Notes: generated from the letters alone by a model not told the origin. A DNA stretch of 64,000 nucleotides from Eledone cirrhosa (GCA_964016885.1 OZ024759.1:34782001-34846000); one strand, 5' to 3'; positions 1 to 12,676 are shown, counted from the first letter of the stretch. Made by a program: numbers and translations.

Positions 1-365
1 TTCTTTCTCTCTCACACACACACGCACGCATACAGGCTCACATACACGGGCTCACATAAACACAGAGGGACACACACGGGCTCACATAAACACAGAGGGA
101 CACACACGGGCTCACATAAACACAGAGGAACACACACACAGGCACACACACGGGCTCACATATACAAACACACATGCAGGCACACATATACACACACACA
201 TACAGCACACATATACAGAGACGGACACACACACGGGCTCACATATACACACACATACAGGCACACATATACAGAGACAGACACACACACAGTGGCACAC
301 ACGCACACACACTTGTCATAATCTGCTTTCTTTACTTGTGGGAATGTTGGCAACAATTGTTTTAG

Positions 366-1343
366 ATGTTGTTGTTGTTATTGTTGTTGGGGGTGGTGTT
401 GTTGTTGTTGTCGTTGTTCTTGTTGTTATCGTTATTGTTGAAGTGGGGGTGGTGTTACTGTGGTTGGGGTGCTGCTGTTGTTGTTGGGGCGGTGTTGTTG
501 TTGGGGTGGTGTTGTTGTTGTTGTTGTTGTTGTTGGGGCGGTGTAGGTGTTGATGTTGAGGTGGTGTTTTTGTTGTTGTTGGTGTGTTGTTGTTGTTGGG
601 GTGCTACTGTTGTTGTTGTTGTTGGGATGGTGGTGTTGTTGTTGTTGTTGGGGCGGTGTTGTGGTTGTTGTTGGGGTGGTGTTGTTGTTGTTGTTGGGGG
701 CGGTGTTGTTGTTGTTGTCGTTGTTCTTGTTGTTATCGTTATTGTTGAAGTGGGGGTGGTGTTACTGTGGTTGGGGTGCTGCTGTTGTTGTTGGGGCGGT
801 GTTGTGGTTGTTGTTGGGGTGGTGTTGTTGTTGTTGTTGTTGGGGCGGTGTTGTGGTTGTTGTTGGGGTGTTGTTGTTGGGGGCGGTGTTGTTGTTGTTG
901 TTGGGGTGCTGCTGTTGTTATTGTTGTTGGGCTGGTGGTGTTGTTGTTGTTGGGGTGGTGTTGTTGTTGTTGGGGCGGTGTTTGTTGTTGGAGGGTGGTG
1001 TTGTTGTTGTTGTTATTGTTACGTTGCTGTCGTCATACTTATTGTTGTTATTGATGTTGTTGTTATTGTTATTATTGCGTTGTTGTTGTTATTATAGTTG
1101 TTGTCGTTATCGCTGTTGAAGTGTGGGTGGTGTCATTTTGGTTGGGTTGCTATTCTTGTAATTGTTGTTGCTGTTGTTGTTGTTGCTGTTATCATCGTTG
1201 TTGTTGTTGTTATTGTTGTTATCCTTATGATGTAGCTGTTGTTGTTGTTGTCATTTTTCTGCTATTGTTTTCCTACTTCCTCTCTTCAAGTATTTTATTT
1301 TTTGTCATGTTTGCAAGAATTGTTTGATTTGTTGTTGCCGTCG

Positions 1344-1375
<32 letters not shown>

Positions 1376-1410
1376 GGCGGAGTGGGGGCTATTGTTGTTG
1401 TTATTTATTG
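366..1410 (+). repeat. (GTT)n-derived low-complexity tract
   Basis: GTT runs punctuated by GGGGCG/GGGGTG. Confidence 0.9.
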
Positions 1411-1638
1411 TTTTTGTAATTACTCTTTAAATGATTTTGTTACGTGTGTGTTTCTGTATGTATATATATATATATATGTGTGTGTGTAAGTGTGTGTGTA
1501 TGTATTTGTGTGTGTATATGCGTGTGTGTATATATATATGCATATACATATGTGCATCTATATGTGCGTGTGTATACATATACATGTATATACATATGTG
1601 TGTGTATGCACATGTATATTATGTATATATATATTATG

Positions 1639-1673
<35 letters not shown>

Positions 1674-1894
1674 ATATATATATGTATATATATATATATA
1701 TGTGTGTGTATATATGCATATATATATATAAATGTGTGTGTGTGTGTATCTGTATATATGTATTTAGATATGTGTGTGTGTATTACGATCTTATTTGTCC
1801 TTTTTATTCAGTTAATATTTGTTGCAGCTATTATTATCATCATTATATATATATATATATTTATATATACATATATATATATATATATTTATAT

Positions 1895-1947
<53 letters not shown>

Positions 1948-2287
1948 TCGTTTTCAATAATTCCTTGCAGCGTTTGTTTTAAATCCGGTCTTTTCTCTGC
2001 TTAATGGACTCCGTAGAAATGGAGTCGTTTGCGATGGAAAATTGATGGGGGAAAAAATAAACATTTTTTTGTCCGTTCTTCCTTTCATTATTTCCTTCTT
2101 TCTTTGATTGTTTGTTGTTTGTTTCTTTCTTTCTTTCTTTCTCTCTCTCTATTGCACTTTTCTATTTTTCCCGCCACAATCCCGTTGTTATCTCTATTTG
2201 CATCAAACGACAACAACAAAATGCTCAACTGAATCACACACGATTCAACATGATGCAAATACTAATCATACACACACACACGTGTGT

Positions 2288-2338
<51 letters not shown>

Positions 2339-3632
2339 GGTATTTATAAATGTGTGTGAGTGTGTGCGTGTGTGTGTGTGTTGGCAATTATATATACGTG
2401 TATGTGTTTATGTTGGCGTGTATATATATATATATATATATGTGTGTGTGCGTTTCTGTTGACATGTATATATATATAAATATATATATACATGTGTGTG
2501 TGTGTGTCTATGTATATACATTTGTGTGTGCGTATCTGTGTGGGCATGTATGTATATCTATATATATGTGTGAGAGAGAGAGACAATGTATGTGTCTGCG
2601 TGGACATGTATGTATATATGTGTGTGTGTGTAAGTGTATATATATGTGTGTGTGTGTGTTACATAACCAGCTTTCCAATCAGCAGATCGATTCAAACATT
2701 CGATATATATCGCTGAAAACCAAATATCTTCACTCTAAATCGAATCCATTTATATTATCACAGTTGGTTGACATTTACTGATAGTACTGTTACCTTCTCC
2801 TTGGGTTGGGGTTGGGGGAATAGAGTAAAACGACACCAGTGCATTACTGGTACTTAAAATCAAGTAAATCAACACCAGTATATTACTGGTACGTAAAATC
2901 GATTAAATCAACTCCAGTACATTACTGATATGTAAAATCGATTAAAACAACACCAGTACATTACTGGTACGTAAAATCGATTAAATCAACCACAGTACAT
3001 TACTGGTACTTAAAATTGATTAAATCAACCGCAGCATTTTACTGGTACTTTACGTTATCGACCTCAACAAGATGAAACAGCATTTGAACTCAGGACGAAA
3101 AATCGACCCCAGACTGGTTTTATATTTTGTTTCTTATTTATGCACAAAGGCAGCAATATAAGGGGTATACATACGGTATAGCAGGGAAAGAGAGAGGGGG
3201 AGAGAGAGGGGGGAGACATTGCTGGAGTGATTATCAAGTTACAAAATGGCGGAAAACATGAAGCTTTTTTTTTATCTATAGTAAAACATACAAAAGATGG
3301 CGGAGAAGAGAAAAAGAAAGTTAAAGAATGGAGGGGAGGGAGGGAATGTCGGGAGGAGAGGTGGAATGGCGGGGGGGGAGGGAGAGGGAGGAACAATGGC
3401 GGGGAGGACTAAACATTAGAGATAAATGAATTGAAAATTAATAGCGGTATGGCGATAAATAGCTGCGGTCTTAATATATTATTACAGACTAAATTTGTTT
3501 AAACTTATCGAGTTAAATACCTCCATTACAGGCATGTCTTAAGCTACAAACTGACACAGATACACACACAAACATACACACAAACTCACACACACACACA
3601 CACAAACCTACTCACAAACTCACACACACAAA

Positions 3633-3667
<35 letters not shown>

Positions 3668-3692
3668 CTACTCACAAACTCACACACACAAA

Positions 3693-3739
<47 letters not shown>

Positions 3740-4194
3740 CTACTCACAAACTCACACACACAAACTCACACACACACACACACACACACAGACACACACA
3801 CACATACACACACACACACACACAAACTCACACACTCACACACACAGACATATTTTTAAATAATTTCCAATCATGTTTTAATTATAGATTGTTTTTTTTT
3901 TGTATGTTTTTATAGATATATTGTTGTTGTTGTTGTTGTAATTGTTAATGTTGTTATTGTTTTTGGTAGTGTTGTTGTTATTGTTTGTAGTGTTGTTGTT
4001 GCTCTCTTTATTGTCAATATTGTTGTTATTGTTGTTGTTCAATCTGGATTTAATAGACGTTTGTCAGTTAATCCGGTCATGGCAGCTATCTTCTCGTTTG
4101 ATTATTTTAGTGATTTTTGTCGGATTTTTGTTTGTTTTTTTACTTCGATCTCTGATAGATTAATTCCAGATAGTTCTCTGTTTTTAATTCTCTC

Positions 4195-4270
<76 letters not shown>

Positions 4271-4691
4271 ATCTTTCTCTCTCTCTATCACACTATCTCT
4301 ATCTAACTCTTTCTCTCTCTCTCTCAACATTTATTTCCATCCTAATTTCTATGTCTGCATCCCTCACTATCTCTTATTACTCTATCTCTCTTTCTTTCTC
4401 TATCGGTCTCTTACTTCCACTATATACATATATACATGTATGTGTGTGTGCGTGTGTGTGTGTGTGTTAGTTTAGATGTGTCTTTACACATATAAATTCG
4501 CATATCTGACGAGATGTCAAAAAGAAAAGAGCCAGTCACCGTCATCTTGACTGTACCATAAGAAGATCGATATCGAAACAATTGTACCATATAATGCACA
4601 TACATGCACTCACGCATATATATAGATAGACATACAGACAGACAGACAAACAGATAGACATACAGACAGAAAGACAGACAGACAGACAATC

Positions 4692-4725
<34 letters not shown>

Positions 4726-5114
4726 TCAGACGGGCGGACGGATACTTCATTATATTATGATTCTAAATTACTTTCTGCCTGATACTTTTTTTCCGGTAGA
4801 GAGAATAAGAATATGGAGGTTTGGTGTGTTGAGTGAGAGTTTGGAGGTGGTTGATGACAATATAGAGGTGTGGGGGTTTGGGAGGATAGATGGTGTTGCT
4901 TTGGGTGTTTCGGGCGGTATTTTTTTTTTTTGTCTTTTGTTTTTTTTTTGTATGTATTTCTTCTTTGTTTGTCTGATTGTTTGTTATATGTGCTTGGTTT
5001 GTTTTTCTCTGATTCGTTCGTTTTTTAATATACATCTCTCATGGAATTACCACTTCCAACTGATTAGGTTCTTCTGTTAATTCTGACAGAATATTTCTCC
5101 GAGTGACGAAAACA

Positions 5115-5145
<31 letters not shown>

Positions 5146-5231
5146 GTACAGAGAGAGAGAGAGAGAGTGTGTCAGAGAGAGAGAGAGAGAAACAGTATAT
5201 ATATACAGAGAGAGAGAGAAACAGTATATAT

Positions 5232-5269
<38 letters not shown>

Positions 5270-5367
5270 CATCAGGGAGGGAAATTCAACACACACACAC
5301 ACACACACAGATATGCTTGTGTATGTATGTGTGCGTCTATATATATATATATATAGGTGTATATATG

Positions 5368-5404
<37 letters not shown>

Positions 5405-5957
5405 ATATGTATGTAAAAGCAATAATGATCATTTCTTTATATATTTTTTATATAATTGTTTCTACTTTAGGCACAAGGCCACATATTTTTTATATAATGA
5501 CAATGCTTACAAACAAGTATATGATATGCCTTCAATTGGACATAAACACTCCTCACTCACTCTTTTCTCTCCCCCTTCTCTCTCTCTCTCTCTGCTCATC
5601 CCCCTCACACTGCCCCCACCCTCTATCTCCTCCCACCCTCACATTCTCCCCTCCCCTCTTACTCACTTTTTATGCCTTTCTCTCCCCGCTGCCCATCTCT
5701 ATCTTTCTACTCCGACCCTCTCCCTCCTCCCAACCTCTCACTCCCCCCACTCTTCCCACTCCTCTCTCCCACCTCCCACCCTCTAACCCCCCCCACAGTC
5801 CCCCACCCTCACATAGTGAACATCATTGTACCTTATTAGTTTGTGACGCTATCAACTATGTTTGGTCATTAGCCAAGATATCTCAACTGGATGTAATACA
5901 TTCTACAACACCAACAACAACACTAACTACATGCCATCACCTCTGACTCTCTCTCTT

Positions 5958-6011
<54 letters not shown>

Positions 6012-6135
6012 CATGTATATGTATGTATACACAACACAAAGAAATATATATATATATATTCCATGTTCAATTTCTATCCCTGGTGATATTTCTCTCTCTC
6101 TCATTTCTCTTTCTATATGTATATATGTATATATG

Positions 6136-6192
<57 letters not shown>

Positions 6193-6416
6193 CACATACT
6201 CTTTCTTTGTCTCTATGTATCTCTCAGTTACTTCCGGTGCTGACAGGAAGTGACATTGATAAGATTTATGGCGGCCAACGAAATCTAATACAATAATATT
6301 TTCGATTGGTTTCGCCTCAGAGATCACATGATGTCTCCCCCTAGATATATAATATAGTGTTGGTGGTGGTGGTACTCGTGGGTGTGATGATATTGGAGTT
6401 TCTAAAACCTGAATTG

Positions 6417-6454
<38 letters not shown>

Positions 6455-6575
6455 ATGTATATACTTACATGTATATACACTTATACATGTATACATTCAT
6501 ACATATATATATACATTTATATATATATATATATAATGAAGCCATAATTCAGAAAATGTTTTAAAAGTACGGAGA

Positions 6576-6645
<70 letters not shown>

Positions 6646-6837
6646 GTATATATGTGTGTGTTTCTGTGAACTTTGTATTATCCTTTGAAAAATCAATCAC
6701 AAATCAATTGAACCATCACCAATTTTGACTAATAGTCATTTGGTACACTTTCTATATAATCGAACCAAATCTAACCCATGTTTGATCATTGATCATTTAA
6801 CGTCTTATTTTTCTCTGCTTTTTTCCTTACAATTTAG

Positions 6838-6888
6838 GTGCTTATATTTTAGAGGTGAAAGGTTATCGATTGGGTGCCAATCTATCAG
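6838..6888 (+). CDS. Possible upstream cadherin exon (GAYILEVKGYRLGANLS)
   Basis: Pyrimidine tract + ttag acceptor, cag|gtatgg donor; GAYILEVK resembles a cadherin strand. Cannot be joined to the rest across the N gap. Confidence 0.3.
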
Positions 6889-7145
6889 GTATGGTTTCAA
6901 AAACACGAGTGACATCACCTTTGTATATAGTTATATCATTCAGTCATATTCCTTCAGTTGCCTTAGATCAATGTTATAGTATCTTTATCATCCAAACCTT
7001 AGATATATCCAGTTGTATCTGGTTTTATCCAGATATATCCAGCTATATCTAGTTGTGTCCAAATATATCCAGTTATATCCAATTGTATCCACATATATCC
7101 AGTTATAACCAGTTATATCCAATTATATCCACATATATCCAGTTT

Positions 7146-7345
7146 NNNNNNNNNNNNNNNNNNNNNNNNNNNNNNNNNNNNNNNNNNNNNNNNNNNNNNN
7201 NNNNNNNNNNNNNNNNNNNNNNNNNNNNNNNNNNNNNNNNNNNNNNNNNNNNNNNNNNNNNNNNNNNNNNNNNNNNNNNNNNNNNNNNNNNNNNNNNNNN
7301 NNNNNNNNNNNNNNNNNNNNNNNNNNNNNNNNNNNNNNNNNNNNN
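7146..7345. other. Assembly gap (200 N)
   Basis: Run of N. Confidence 1.
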
Positions 7346-10300
7346 TTTAAGTTGTCCAAAAATGCGCATTGTTGGCTATTCAGACCACAAATTAGTGACC
7401 TGCATGGTCAACCTTGACAGAACTCATAGACAGGGCCCCGGTTACTGGAAGCTCAACTTGTCCTTGCGGCAAGTAGAGCCTACAGGAATCGGATTAGTAC
7501 GTTAGTTAAGGAACGGTTGACTGGAGCGATCGTCAACAGCAGGTGGTGGGTATCTCTAAAGAGAGAGATTAGAGTAGTCTCGATAGAATTTAGTAAGGGT
7601 CTAAGCTGCGGATAGGAATAGGAAGGAAAGGGAGCTAATAGATAGAGTAGAAGAGGCAATTAGAAGCGGCGACGTGGCCAGAGTGCTAGCGTCGAGAACG
7701 GCCTTGAGCCAGTTTTTCGACGCGAAGCACGAAGGCTGCGTTGTCCGAAGTAAAATACGTGCTCTAGGGAACGAGGGGACCAAAGCTGTTAGCTGGGCCC
7801 GCGTGACAGAGGCCAACAGTGGAACTAAATCCACCATCCGGTCTTTGCGAGACCTGGATGGACGGGCGATTCTTGAGCCTAAGCAGATGTGTGAGGCCTT
7901 TCAAAGGCACTTTGCCCGACTGTTCGGGAGGGGCGGGGAGCCGGTTGGGAACGTGGACTTCGGTCCATACCTCGACGGCCTGCCGCGCCTCTCGGACAGG
8001 GAGGCGAAGTCCTGCGAGGAGCCGATTTCGGCCGCTGAGATAGAGGACGTGCTGAGCCAATGCGGCAAACGCAAATCCCCGGGTCTCGATGGTCTTCCTT
8101 ACGAATTATATCTAGCTATGCCGGACTTGTTCCCCGATCTCCTCGAGGCGGTCTACTGCAACTGGCAACAGAACGGGAGAATTCCCTGTACTGTGACCAA
8201 GGGCGTAGTCACGCTAGTGAGGAAGGACGAGAACAAGGGGGACGAAATAAGTAACTTCAGGCCCATAACACTGCTAAATACAGAGTTACAGATTTTGGCC
8301 AAGGTGCTAGCAAAGAGGTTGGCGCTTGTCGTGGGCAACCTGGTGGGAGATGCGCAGACATGCGCTATCCCGTCCAGGTCCATCCATGACAACCTCCACC
8401 TCATGCGATACATCATAGAGAGGGTTGGGAACGAACCCGGCTTTGGTGGGGCTCTGATCAACTTGGATCAATCTAAGGCGTTCGATAGGGTCGACCATGG
8501 TTACCTGGATGCGGTGCTAGCGGCGGCAGGCTTCGGACCCGTTTTCAGGGGCTGGATCACTGCTATGCACAGCAGCCGCATCTGCTCTAGGGTCAAGGTG
8601 AACGGCTACCTCTCGGAGCCGTTCAAAATCGCGCGGTCCATCCGACAAGGGTGCCCTCTCTCCTCCCTTCTGTATGTATTGACTCTCGAGCCACTACTGC
8701 GGAAGTTGGAGTTGTTGCAGGGCATCCCTTTGGAACCGGGATTGCGGAAAGCGGTGTCGGCCTACGCCGATGACGTGACAGTAATGGTGTCGACGGCCTC
8801 CGAAATCGAGGCGGTCGGCACCTTACTGGAGGAGTACGAAAAGTTCACAGGGGCTAAGCTGAACCGGGACAAGTCGATCGGTTTGCAACTCGGCACGTGG
8901 AGGGGCAGACCGATGCCCTCCGATAGCGTCGTCGGACGCTGGACGGAGGGCCCGGTGAAGTTGCTCGGGGTCTGGTTCGGACCGGACCTCCAGGTGGAGA
9001 AAAACTGGGCGGAGGTTACGAACAGAGTGTTTGCACTGACCCAGAAGTGGGCCAGTTGCAAACTATCCCTGAAAGGTCGGGCGGAGGTGGCGAACACCTA
9101 CATAGCGTCCGTCATCTACTACCGCCTGACCGTAGTGCCCTGCCCAAGGGAAACCCTCACCAAGATGGAGCGCGCGCTCTTCCAATTCCTTTGGAAGAGG
9201 CGGGCTCCTATGGTGAGGAGATCCATCTGCTGTCAACACCCTTCGAAAGGAGGGCTGGGGATGCCGTGGCTAATGATGCGTAAACACGCATTAAGGCTAC
9301 GGCACCTCTACGTATTCCTCACCGGACAACCGGTGTGGGCCTCGTTTGTGAGACGAACCTTTCCCAGACTCGTCTCACTCACCGAGCTGCAATCCTGGGT
9401 CAAGCAAAGACCGAGAAAACTGGGCGCCTGGCACACTGAGTGTGCCCAGGCGCTCACCGCCCTCTGGCAGGCGGATCCCGGTTATCAGTGGAGACTCCAC
9501 CGCAACATTCTATAGAGGGCTGGTACGCAGCAGGTGCGACGACGCCCTCGGAGAAGCCCTAGACATGGAGGAGGACGAACTGGCCAGCCTTTTCGGTAGG
9601 ACATTCAGCCCGGGACCTATGGACAACTTCCAGAAGTCCCTGGCCTGGCAGTGCTACCGAGGGGCTTTACCCGTTCGAGAAAGGCTCTACAGACACGGGC
9701 GCCCGGGTAGGGACCCCGCCAAAAAGATCTGTCCCAGATGCGTGTGCGACGAGGAAAACCGTTGCACACGCATTAGTACACTGCTCGGGCGTAGCCGATC
9801 TGTGGGGCTATGTCGAACAACTGCTGTCAAGGGTGGGACCGATCCGGTTGACCACCGAGTCTATTGTAATGATCAAGCCGCCTCCCCCCTTCAAAGATGA
9901 AGCAGAGGCGGTGTTTCTGTGCGTAATAGCCATGGCGAAAGAGGTTGTATGGTGGACGCGTCTGAAAGGACTGAGGTCGGGCACCTTTCTCTCTGGCCAA
10001 CAACTGGTCCGTTTCTTCCGATATCATTTCGGAAGAAGGATCAGGATGGAGAGAGAGGTGCTGCACCCCAGCCGTTTCTATGAAAGATGGGTGAAAGTGG
10101 CGAGAATGGCCCGTGTGAATGGGCCTTCACTCTACATCAGACTATAGGTGAGGAAGATGAAAGACCAAGGGAGCACCCCTTCTCTGTGCTCCTGAGGAGA
10201 AGGGTTGCACACTTTTTTCGGGGTGTGTGCGACCCCCCAAGGCGCCTCCTCTCTATTGAGGATTTTGTTAAAAATTTTATTTTTTGTTATATCTTATTTT

Positions 10301-10410
10301 ATTTTTATATTTTGTTATTGCCTCCTCCTTATTGAGGACGCCTTTTTGTGTAAACTCCCCCCTTTGTACTTGTCCCACTTTTGATGCCCTAGTGGCAAAT
10401 AAAAGAAATA
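7346..10410 (+). mobile_element. L1/Tx1-type non-LTR retrotransposon (ORF2 + 3' UTR; 5' end lost in gap)
   Basis: GC-rich island; APE endonuclease end (SDH, GYWKLN), RT motifs, CPRC...H...C zinc knuckle across a frameshift, stop at 10147, AATAAA 10398-10403, then (TATC)n. Confidence 0.95.
7674..9515 (+). CDS. LINE ORF2 reverse transcriptase segment (ORF2 spans about 7346-10147 with single-base frameshifts near 7468, 7604, 9478, 9757)
   Basis: KSPGLDGLP, FRPITLLNT, LDQSKAFDRV, RQGCPLS, YADD, VKLLGV motifs. Confidence 0.93.
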   Translation: MARVLASRTALSQFFDAKHEGCVVRSKIRALGNEGTKAVSWARVTEANSGTKSTIRSLRDLDGRAILEPKQMCEAFQRHFARLFGRGGEPVGNVDFGPYLDGLPRLSDREAKSCEEPISAAEIEDVLSQCGKRKSPGLDGLPYELYLAMPDLFPDLLEAVYCNWQQNGRIPCTVTKGVVTLVRKDENKGDEISNFRPITLLNTELQILAKVLAKRLALVVGNLVGDAQTCAIPSRSIHDNLHLMRYIIERVGNEPGFGGALINLDQSKAFDRVDHGYLDAVLAAAGFGPVFRGWITAMHSSRICSRVKVNGYLSEPFKIARSIRQGCPLSSLLYVLTLEPLLRKLELLQGIPLEPGLRKAVSAYADDVTVMVSTASEIEAVGTLLEEYEKFTGAKLNRDKSIGLQLGTWRGRPMPSDSVVGRWTEGPVKLLGVWFGPDLQVEKNWAEVTNRVFALTQKWASCKLSLKGRAEVANTYIASVIYYRLTVVPCPRETLTKMERALFQFLWKRRAPMVRRSICCQHPSKGGLGMPWLMMRKHALRLRHLYVFLTGQPVWASFVRRTFPRLVSLTELQSWVKQRPRKLGAWHTECAQALTALWQADPGYQWRLHRNIL

Positions 10411-10456
10411 TATCTATCTACCTATCTAACTACTTATCTCTCTATCTACTTATCTC

Positions 10457-10496
<40 letters not shown>

Positions 10497-11426
10497 ATGG
10501 GCGACTGGCACATCGAATGTGCTCAGGCGCTCACAGTCCTCTGGCAAACGGACCCGGCGATCAGTGGAGACTCCACTTCGACATTCTATAGAGGGTTGGT
10601 CCGCAGCAAGTGTGACGACACGCTCGGAGAAACTCTAGGCGTAGAGGAGGACGAAATGGCCAGTCTGTTTGGTAGGACCTTCCGCCCGGGACTAATGGAC
10701 AACTTCCAAAAGTCCCTGGCCTGGCAGTGCTACCGATGAGCTCTACCAGTTCGAGACAAGCTCTACAGACACGGGCGCCCGGGTAGAGACCCTTCGAAAA
10801 GATCTGTCCGAAAAAGAAACTGCCCGGGCGTTACCGACCTGTGGGGCTATGTAGAACAGTGGTCAACCGGTACCAATCCGGTTGACCACCGAGTTCATTG
10901 TCATGATCAAACCGCCACCCTCCTTCAAAAACGAGGGAGAGGCAGTTTTCCTATGTGTTATGGCTATGGTGAAAGAGGTTATATGGTGGACGAGGTTAAA
11001 AGGGCTGAGGTCAGACACCTTTCTCTCCAGCGAGCAACTGATTCGTTTTTTCAAATATCATTTTGGAAGAAGAATCAGGATGGAGAGAGAGGTGCTGTAC
11101 CCCAGAAAATTTTATAAAAGGTTGGTGAATGTGGCAAAGATGGCCCGAGTGGTTGGGCCTTCTCTCTATATAAGCCTGTAGGTTGAGGAAAAAGAGGAAG
11201 AGAGGAAGGGAGTACTCACTCTTGGTGCTCCTGGAGATGAGGGTTGTACATTTTTTCGGGGTGTGTACAACCCCTGTGTAACACCTCCCCCTATTGGGGA
11301 TTTCAATTGTTATTTGTTATTTTATTAATAGTTTTATTTTCATATACCTTTATGTAAACTCCCCATTTGTATTTGTCCCCTTCTTTTGTGCCCTTGTGGC
11401 TAATAAAGAAATGTATCTATCTATCT
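10497..11426 (+). mobile_element. 5'-truncated, diverged second copy of the same LINE
   Basis: Aligns with about 9420-10410 (GDWHIECAQALT.../LAWQCYR); in-frame stop at 10737, zinc-knuckle deletion, AATAAA 11402-11407, short (TATC)n tail. Confidence 0.93.
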
Positions 11427-11433
11427 TACTTAG

Positions 11434-11597
11434 GTCGTGGCCCGTGAAGTGGATACGCCGGAAAAACGTTCAAGTTCAGCAACAGTTTTACTAAAAATAC
11501 AAGACATGAACGACAATGCTCCAATGTTTAGGAGTGACACATACGATCTCACGTGAAGGAGAATGCCCGGATTGGAACAGTAATATCACAAATAACG
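11434..11597 (+). CDS. Cadherin exon A (contains 1-nt frameshift near 11551)
   Basis: tag|VVAREVDTPEKRSSSATVLLKIQDMNDNAPMFRSDTYDL / VKENARIGTVISQIT|gtaggt; 164 nt where 165 is needed. Confidence 0.85.
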
Positions 11598-11839
11598 GTA
11601 GGTTTAAGATTTGACCGTCAAGACGTTCCTACCATGCCCACCACCACTAAACAACAGTCTATATACTGATTCGGCAAATACAATTCGATAAATTAAGTTG
11701 CAGGATAGAGTATATATATATATATACGGGAATAACTAATGTGTGTGTGTGTGTGTTAAAAGTAAACAGAAATAACAAAGCAAACGACACAAAAATGAAG
11801 AGATATATTACTTTAACGCTTGAAATAGTAGGAAAAGAG

Positions 11840-11875
11840 TCTTAACGTTTCGGACACTAGTCCTTCATCAGAAGA
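11840..11875 (-). ncRNA. Minimal type I hammerhead ribozyme
   Basis: Minus strand: TCTT-CTGATGA-A-GGAC(TAGT)GTCC-GAAA-CG-TT-AAGA. Confidence 0.75.
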
Positions 11876-12012
11876 TAGAATGAAAAATAAAAGATGAGAT
11901 AGAAAAATAGAGAGAGGCCAGAGGAAACAACAGAAAAAACTTTTTTTAGAAAAAGCACGTGTATTCAGTGAGCTATATCGTATGTGACTTAACTTCTGTT
12001 TCTCTATTGCAG

Positions 12013-12077
12013 GCGACAGATGCTGACATAGGGGACAACGGACGTGTAAGTTATTACTTGAAAGGAGCCATGAAAAG
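12013..12077 (+). CDS. Cadherin exon B
   Basis: gcag|ATDADIGDNGRVSYYLKGAMK(R)|gtaatt, phase 0-2. Confidence 0.92.
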
Positions 12078-12617
12078 GTAATTAGATTGATATATTCATT
12101 TGCGGTGTATTGAGACGTTGTGGGGTAAAATTTGTAGACGGAAACTTGGTAAATGATGGTTTGAAGACATAAAACACTCACAAAACTTTTAAAATAGCCA
12201 CCATTACATTACATTACAAATATTTCTCAGACTCAGAAAATATCAAAGACTGAGTCATGGCTCAAAATTTTCTGCACTACTAAATTTAATTTTGTGCAGT
12301 GAGTTTACATTTTGTGCCGAGTATTACATACGCTAACACCACCGCCATCATTCTGAGGGCCATACAGGGGCTGACTGTTGAAGTAACAACACCACGTATT
12401 CGGCCGGCCCCTGTATCAAGAAAAGGAAATCTTTTTCGGAGAAATTATTGGATTCTCTAAAATTTTTTTTGTGTGTGTGGTGGGGGACCTTCAATGTTTG
12501 CTTTAGGTTTTGCCGTCTGAAGAGCTCAGGCTATCTTAACTGATAGTCCTCAGTGAAATATGTATAACGGTGTTTTAAATAAACCTGAATCAACTAAATA
12601 TGGCCTCCGAGCTTTTA

Positions 12618-12676
<59 letters not shown>

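Noticed and set aside
366-2781. Long Cys/Val/Ile/Tyr-rich ORFs here and throughout (15409-16221, 17815-19083, 40018-40963, 53843-54379, 60743-61729)
   Set aside because: Translations of microsatellites, apart from the exon C portion at 15409-15570
6228-6300. Possible exon after ctctcag
   Set aside because: Stops in all three frames and no cadherin motif
7601-9283. Antisense and alternate-frame ORFs inside the LINE
   Set aside because: Expected by chance in GC-rich coding sequence; no motifs
10192-10240. CTGAGGA followed by a stem in the LINE 3' UTR as a hammerhead
   Set aside because: No GAAA after the stem and the motif is absent in copy 2
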